From positions 42,160,001 through 42,224,000 of the forward strand of contig OZ024757.1 in NCBI GenBank assembly GCA_964016885.1: 64,000 bases of DNA, given 5' to 3'. This document shows positions 59,064-64,000 of this stretch, one piece after another (position 1 is the first letter of the stretch; each line of letters begins with the position of its first letter). This stretch comes from Eledone cirrhosa. Its lineage: Eukaryota. The notes beneath the pieces are model-generated. The model worked only from the letters and a program-made list of their open reading frames with translations, was not told where the DNA came from and made no database searches. The position numbers were made by a program, and so were the translations under genes.

Positions 59064-60716
59064 CTTTCAAGCTGGAGAAATAATAAAACAAGACAACATT
59101 TATTAAAAGAGTGGTTAGTACTTGACCTGCTAGAAAAACCGTTAAATAACTTCTGCAAAAGTGCTAGTCTTGGTGCCACAATAAAATACACCCAGTACAC
59201 TCTGTAAAGTGGTATGTTGGTGCCACAATACAAGAAAACGACAAAACAGATACAAAAAGTCTTAGTTTCAAGCTTTATATAGAAAAAGAAAGTTGGGCGT
59301 GTCGTGCTTTACTCCTTCTTCAGGAATACAAAAATAGAGACGAGACCACAAAGGATAGATGTGTATCATATGTGGACAATGTGACGAAAACTTTGAAACA
59401 GAGAATTAAAGAGTGAAGTTAACAGATTTAGTTGTGTATTTAATTGGCTAAAATTTAAAGATAAGTACACACACATATATATATATATAGGTAACTAGTC
59501 TTGTCCTCTCTTTATTTTTTTTATATATACAGGGTGTCCCCCCGACATGTGTACACACTTATTAGAATACTGTTGAAGTGTGTGTACACTTCTTGGGGAC
59601 ACGCTGTGTATATATATATATAGGACCTCTGTCCGAAACCCCCTCCATTTCCACCAAGCGTGAACCTAATAAAACTTTAAAAATTACCTCCTGTGTTTTG
59701 TTTCATTTATTAACTATACATCTCTCCATATATGTTAACCTAATATATCCCTTCCATATACTGTACCGATCGTGTTGTTATTTCTCTTTACCAAAAACAT
59801 ACATATATATAGGAGACTCCAACCAGAATGGTTGCATTTTTTAAGGGTATGTCAATATTTATTTCTAAAACTAACCTATATTATATTTTATCTGATGAAA
59901 GCGCACCATAGTTTACTTTGGTGGCCCTTGAAATATGTATAATGAAATAAATATGGTTTTATAAATATAGTTTCCATTTGTTAATATATTGTATGTATAT
60001 ATATATATATATATATATATACATGACTTCTGTCCGAAATGTTGAAACCTCCTCCATTTCCAAGCGAAACCTGATAAAACTGTCAAATTGTCTCCTGTGT
60101 TTTGTTTGTTTCATTTATTATGTAAACATCTCGCCGTTTGGGTTTTTAGAGGTTGGAAGGTCTGATAATATATTATATATATGGCCTCAGCCGGATGGCT
60201 AGGACAGCTAAAAGAGTATATATATATATATAGAAAGTGAGTAATTACAAAGGTATGTTAATAGTTGTGGCCGTGAACAATAACGGTAAAATGTCATTTA
60301 GGTTTTAAAACTTGCGAATAACGTAGAAAGTTTACATAAGTTATATATATATATATACAGGTTTATAGTCCCAACACACCGTCGGTATTTAATTAATGGT
60401 TTGGTGGCATACATATATATATATATGTGTATATATTACAGGATGTCCCCCTCAAAAAATGTATATACACTGATGGCAACGCTGTTGAAGTAAATATATA
60501 TTTTTGGGGGACACCTTGTGTATGTATATATACATTTATTGGGGTCACGCTCTGTGTGTGTATATATATATATATATATCATGTTTTTATGTCAGCTTTT
60601 AAATATATACATATACACAAGGTTTATTAGTGTTTAACTATTGGTTCATACATATACAGTATATATATATCGATCACACATTACCTATAAATCCCAGGTA
60701 GAAACGATCTGATTAC

Positions 60717-60800
60717 TTTAAGTCCTCCGAAGCACGTTGGTAACAACTTCTGTATCACTTCCGGTTATTGATTTCTCAGCAGAGACCGGGATGACTACCA
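60717..60800 (-). promoter_or_regulatory. Probable DHPS promoter and non-coding first exon
   Basis: ETS site CCGGAAGT on the minus strand near 60767-60774, then donor AAA|GTAATC at 60716. The coding exon has an acceptor at 59072-59074, 8 nt before the ATG. Confidence 0.5.
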
Positions 60801-61392
60801 CAAAATTATTGCCATTAAAAAACAATTCTGTTTAAATTATAAATTAAAACTGTGTTTTTATAAATGTTTATTATGTACAAACTTGATTGATATAAAATTA
60901 TATTTATTATTAATCAGTTTCTTTTTTCTTATTTACTGCTGCCTCTTCTCGTCTGCTGTTCATGTGGGACAGAAGCTTCCATTTTTCCTGTGCCTCCCTT
61001 GTTTTCTTCTCATCTGTTTCATTATCATTCTCCTCTCTCATCCTATTTCACATATTTTACCCTCCTACCACACTGCACTTTCTCTGATCTTCCTTCTACT
61101 ACTACTCTCGTATCAATATCTATAAATTAATCAATAAATTAACAACATGACAATTGGTCGTTTTTTTTTATCTACGGATAACCAGAAGGAAAATAATATT
61201 TAACCTAATTTCTGTATTAGAACGTAACTCGGTAAATGCTCTTTAATAAATTAGGACAACGAACAGTGGAGCGCTAGACTAAGTCATTTATAATCAGACG
61301 AGAAGATTTTCTGGGGATATTTTCTACTTAAAGAACCTATATTAAAAAAGAAAAAGAGGGCATCTTTAGTGAGCCCTTAAGCCCGTATTATA

Positions 61393-61450
<58 letters not shown>

Positions 61451-61497
61451 CAATTCCAACCCGCCCCTCCCCTCAATCTATTTTATTTCTCATTCTT

Positions 61498-61533
61498 TCT
61501 TCTGATGAAGGACTAACGTCCGAAACGTTAAGA
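61498..61533 (+). ncRNA. Minimal hammerhead-like motif of Penelope pLTR type
   Basis: TCTT-CTGATGA-A-GGAC-TAAC-GTCC-GAAA-CG-TT-AAGA; stem I TCTT/AAGA. Decayed relatives at 8103-8138(-), 11820-11856(-), 40551-40590(-), about 60030. Confidence 0.6.
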
Positions 61534-61626
61534 CCCTCTTCCTGCTATATCAAGCGTTAACCTAATATATACCTTCCATATTCTGTACCGATTGTGTTGT
61601 TATTTCTGTTTACCTTTCACACACAC

Positions 61627-61826
61627 NNNNNNNNNNNNNNNNNNNNNNNNNNNNNNNNNNNNNNNNNNNNNNNNNNNNNNNNNNNNNNNNNNNNNNNNNN
61701 NNNNNNNNNNNNNNNNNNNNNNNNNNNNNNNNNNNNNNNNNNNNNNNNNNNNNNNNNNNNNNNNNNNNNNNNNNNNNNNNNNNNNNNNNNNNNNNNNNNN
61801 NNNNNNNNNNNNNNNNNNNNNNNNNN
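61627..61826. other. Assembly gap (200 N)
   Basis: Run of N. Confidence 1.
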
Positions 61827-62572
<746 letters not shown>

Positions 62573-62922
62573 AATGCATGAGGGAAGAGAAGACATCCAT
62601 TCATACACACCACACATTCATACACACTCACACTCACACATACACACACACAAATGCACTCACTTGCACATACACATACACAAATTTATTATTATATATA
62701 AATATATAACTCCTAAATCTTGTTTCCTCTCGGCCAGTCATCATCATCAACATCGTCATCAACATTATTATCATCATCATTATTATTAATATTATTATTA
62801 TTTTTATATACAAATATTACAGAAGAATGTGGCATTATTTTTTTTTTTTATTTTTAAAATCTTTTTTTTTTTTGTCTGTTTTGTTTTGTTATGTTTTTTT
62901 TTTTTGGTATTTTTTGTAAAGG

Positions 62923-63330
62923 CTAATGTACCTGACAGGCCCGAAACATGATAATCTGTAATAATATAAACAATGGTATCATTATCTCTGAACAAGAGAT
63001 CATTTTTTCATGGTTTAGCTTCTGACAGAGCAGAGCTTCGAAAGTACACATCAGCAACACAACGAGCAGAGATGAGACCAGTCGGATGCCGGCTGGACGT
63101 AGCAGGTCCAGTTCTTTTATAGTCCGAATAAACACGATAACGATGAAGTAAGCATCGATGGCATCGATGGCGAACATCGGAGCAAACACCATCCACCAAG
63201 ACGTGTCCATCACGCGTTCGTATTTCAACGCAGCCATTATCGAGAACACAAGCACCGCTATGAGGTGCATCCATATCTCAAAGGCCGTCAGACCAATCCA
63301 TTGTACAAGTTCTCGTAGAGTGAAGAGCAT
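62923..63330 (-). CDS. TMEM203: Transmembrane protein 203, intronless CDS, 135 aa
   Basis: MLFTLRELVQWIGLTAFEIWMHL..SWWMVFAPMF..LLCQKL..PLFILLQIIMFRACQVH closely matches recalled human TMEM203 (MLFSLRELVQWLG..PLFILLQLLMIRACRVN). Confidence 0.94.
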   Translation of the reverse strand: MLFTLRELVQWIGLTAFEIWMHLIAVLVFSIMAALKYERVMDTSWWMVFAPMFAIDAIDAYFIVIVFIRTIKELDLLRPAGIRLVSSLLVVLLMCTFEALLCQKLNHEKMISCSEIMIPLFILLQIIMFRACQVH

Positions 63331-64000
63331 GATGATGATGATGGTAGTAGTAGTAGTGGCGGTGTAGGTGGTGGTGGTGGTGGTGGTGTAGGTGGTGGTG
63401 TAGGTGGTGGCGGCGGCGGTGATGGTGCTGTAGTAGACATTCACGGTACCGATAGCTGCAACACAGCAGGCTTGGCTGATCGGCAGGCGGCTGTCTTGTT
63501 AACGATGAAATCTGCATGTAGGCAACGGGCTGCTACCACCCCCAACACAAATATGTTGGTGGTAGTATGGTTCTGGACAGCTTAAATTGTAAATCCTAAT
63601 TGGGGGGAAAAAGGCTCCTTTTTTCCTTGTTTGTTTGTTTGTTTTTTGGAGGGCCTTTGTTGGTTTGTTTTTTCCCACCTACTATTTTTTAAAAACTATT
63701 TTTTTTGTTGTTGTTTTGGTTGTGGTTCGTGTGACTTCTTTTCTTCAAGTAATCTGTGTCACTGAGTATCAGCGTGCCAGTGAAATGAGGGGAACTGACA
63801 GTGGTGTGCCATGTGGGGTGTAAGTCAGAACAGGCAGCCTCCATATCCCTGAGTCAATGACTGCATTCTAAAAGAATCTGCAGACAGAAAAACACAAAAA
63901 TATAGGTTAAATTGGACATCATAGGATGGTAGGGAGGTGGTTTGGTGGGGTGGTAGGGTGGACATCATATGATGGGGTGGTGGGGTGGTGATAGTGTGGT

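Noticed and set aside
63331-63444. Thr-rich N-terminal extension of TMEM203
   Set aside because: Starts at GTG in a trinucleotide repeat; orthologues begin at MLF.

Overview
Eukaryotic, AT-rich, microsatellite-dense genomic DNA. The SINE repertoire suggests an octopod cephalopod (inference). Six housekeeping genes were reconstructed by hand, with GT-AG junctions in the four multi-exon genes: DHDDS (+), BBS10 (-), EDF1/MBF1 (-), BAG6 (+), DHPS (-) and TMEM203 (-). Introns and spacers hold tRNA-derived SINEs, TTAA and TA MITEs, RTE-type LINE fragments and minisatellites; there is one 200-N gap. The most striking non-genic signal is four long fold-back palindromes (arms about 95-400 bp) beside (TA)n tracts. 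Each arm carries a minimal type-I hammerhead-ribozyme-like motif, two of them with a non-canonical CCGANGA core, and one palindrome has a Penelope-like ORF remnant. Three of the four lie in introns. Also notable: (TA)n-centred snap-back duplications, duplicated splice acceptors next to TTAA MITEs, a repeated element made of two convergent tRNA-like heads, and linkage of genes whose human orthologues lie in MHC paralogons. All identifications are by eye and from recalled sequences; no searches were run.
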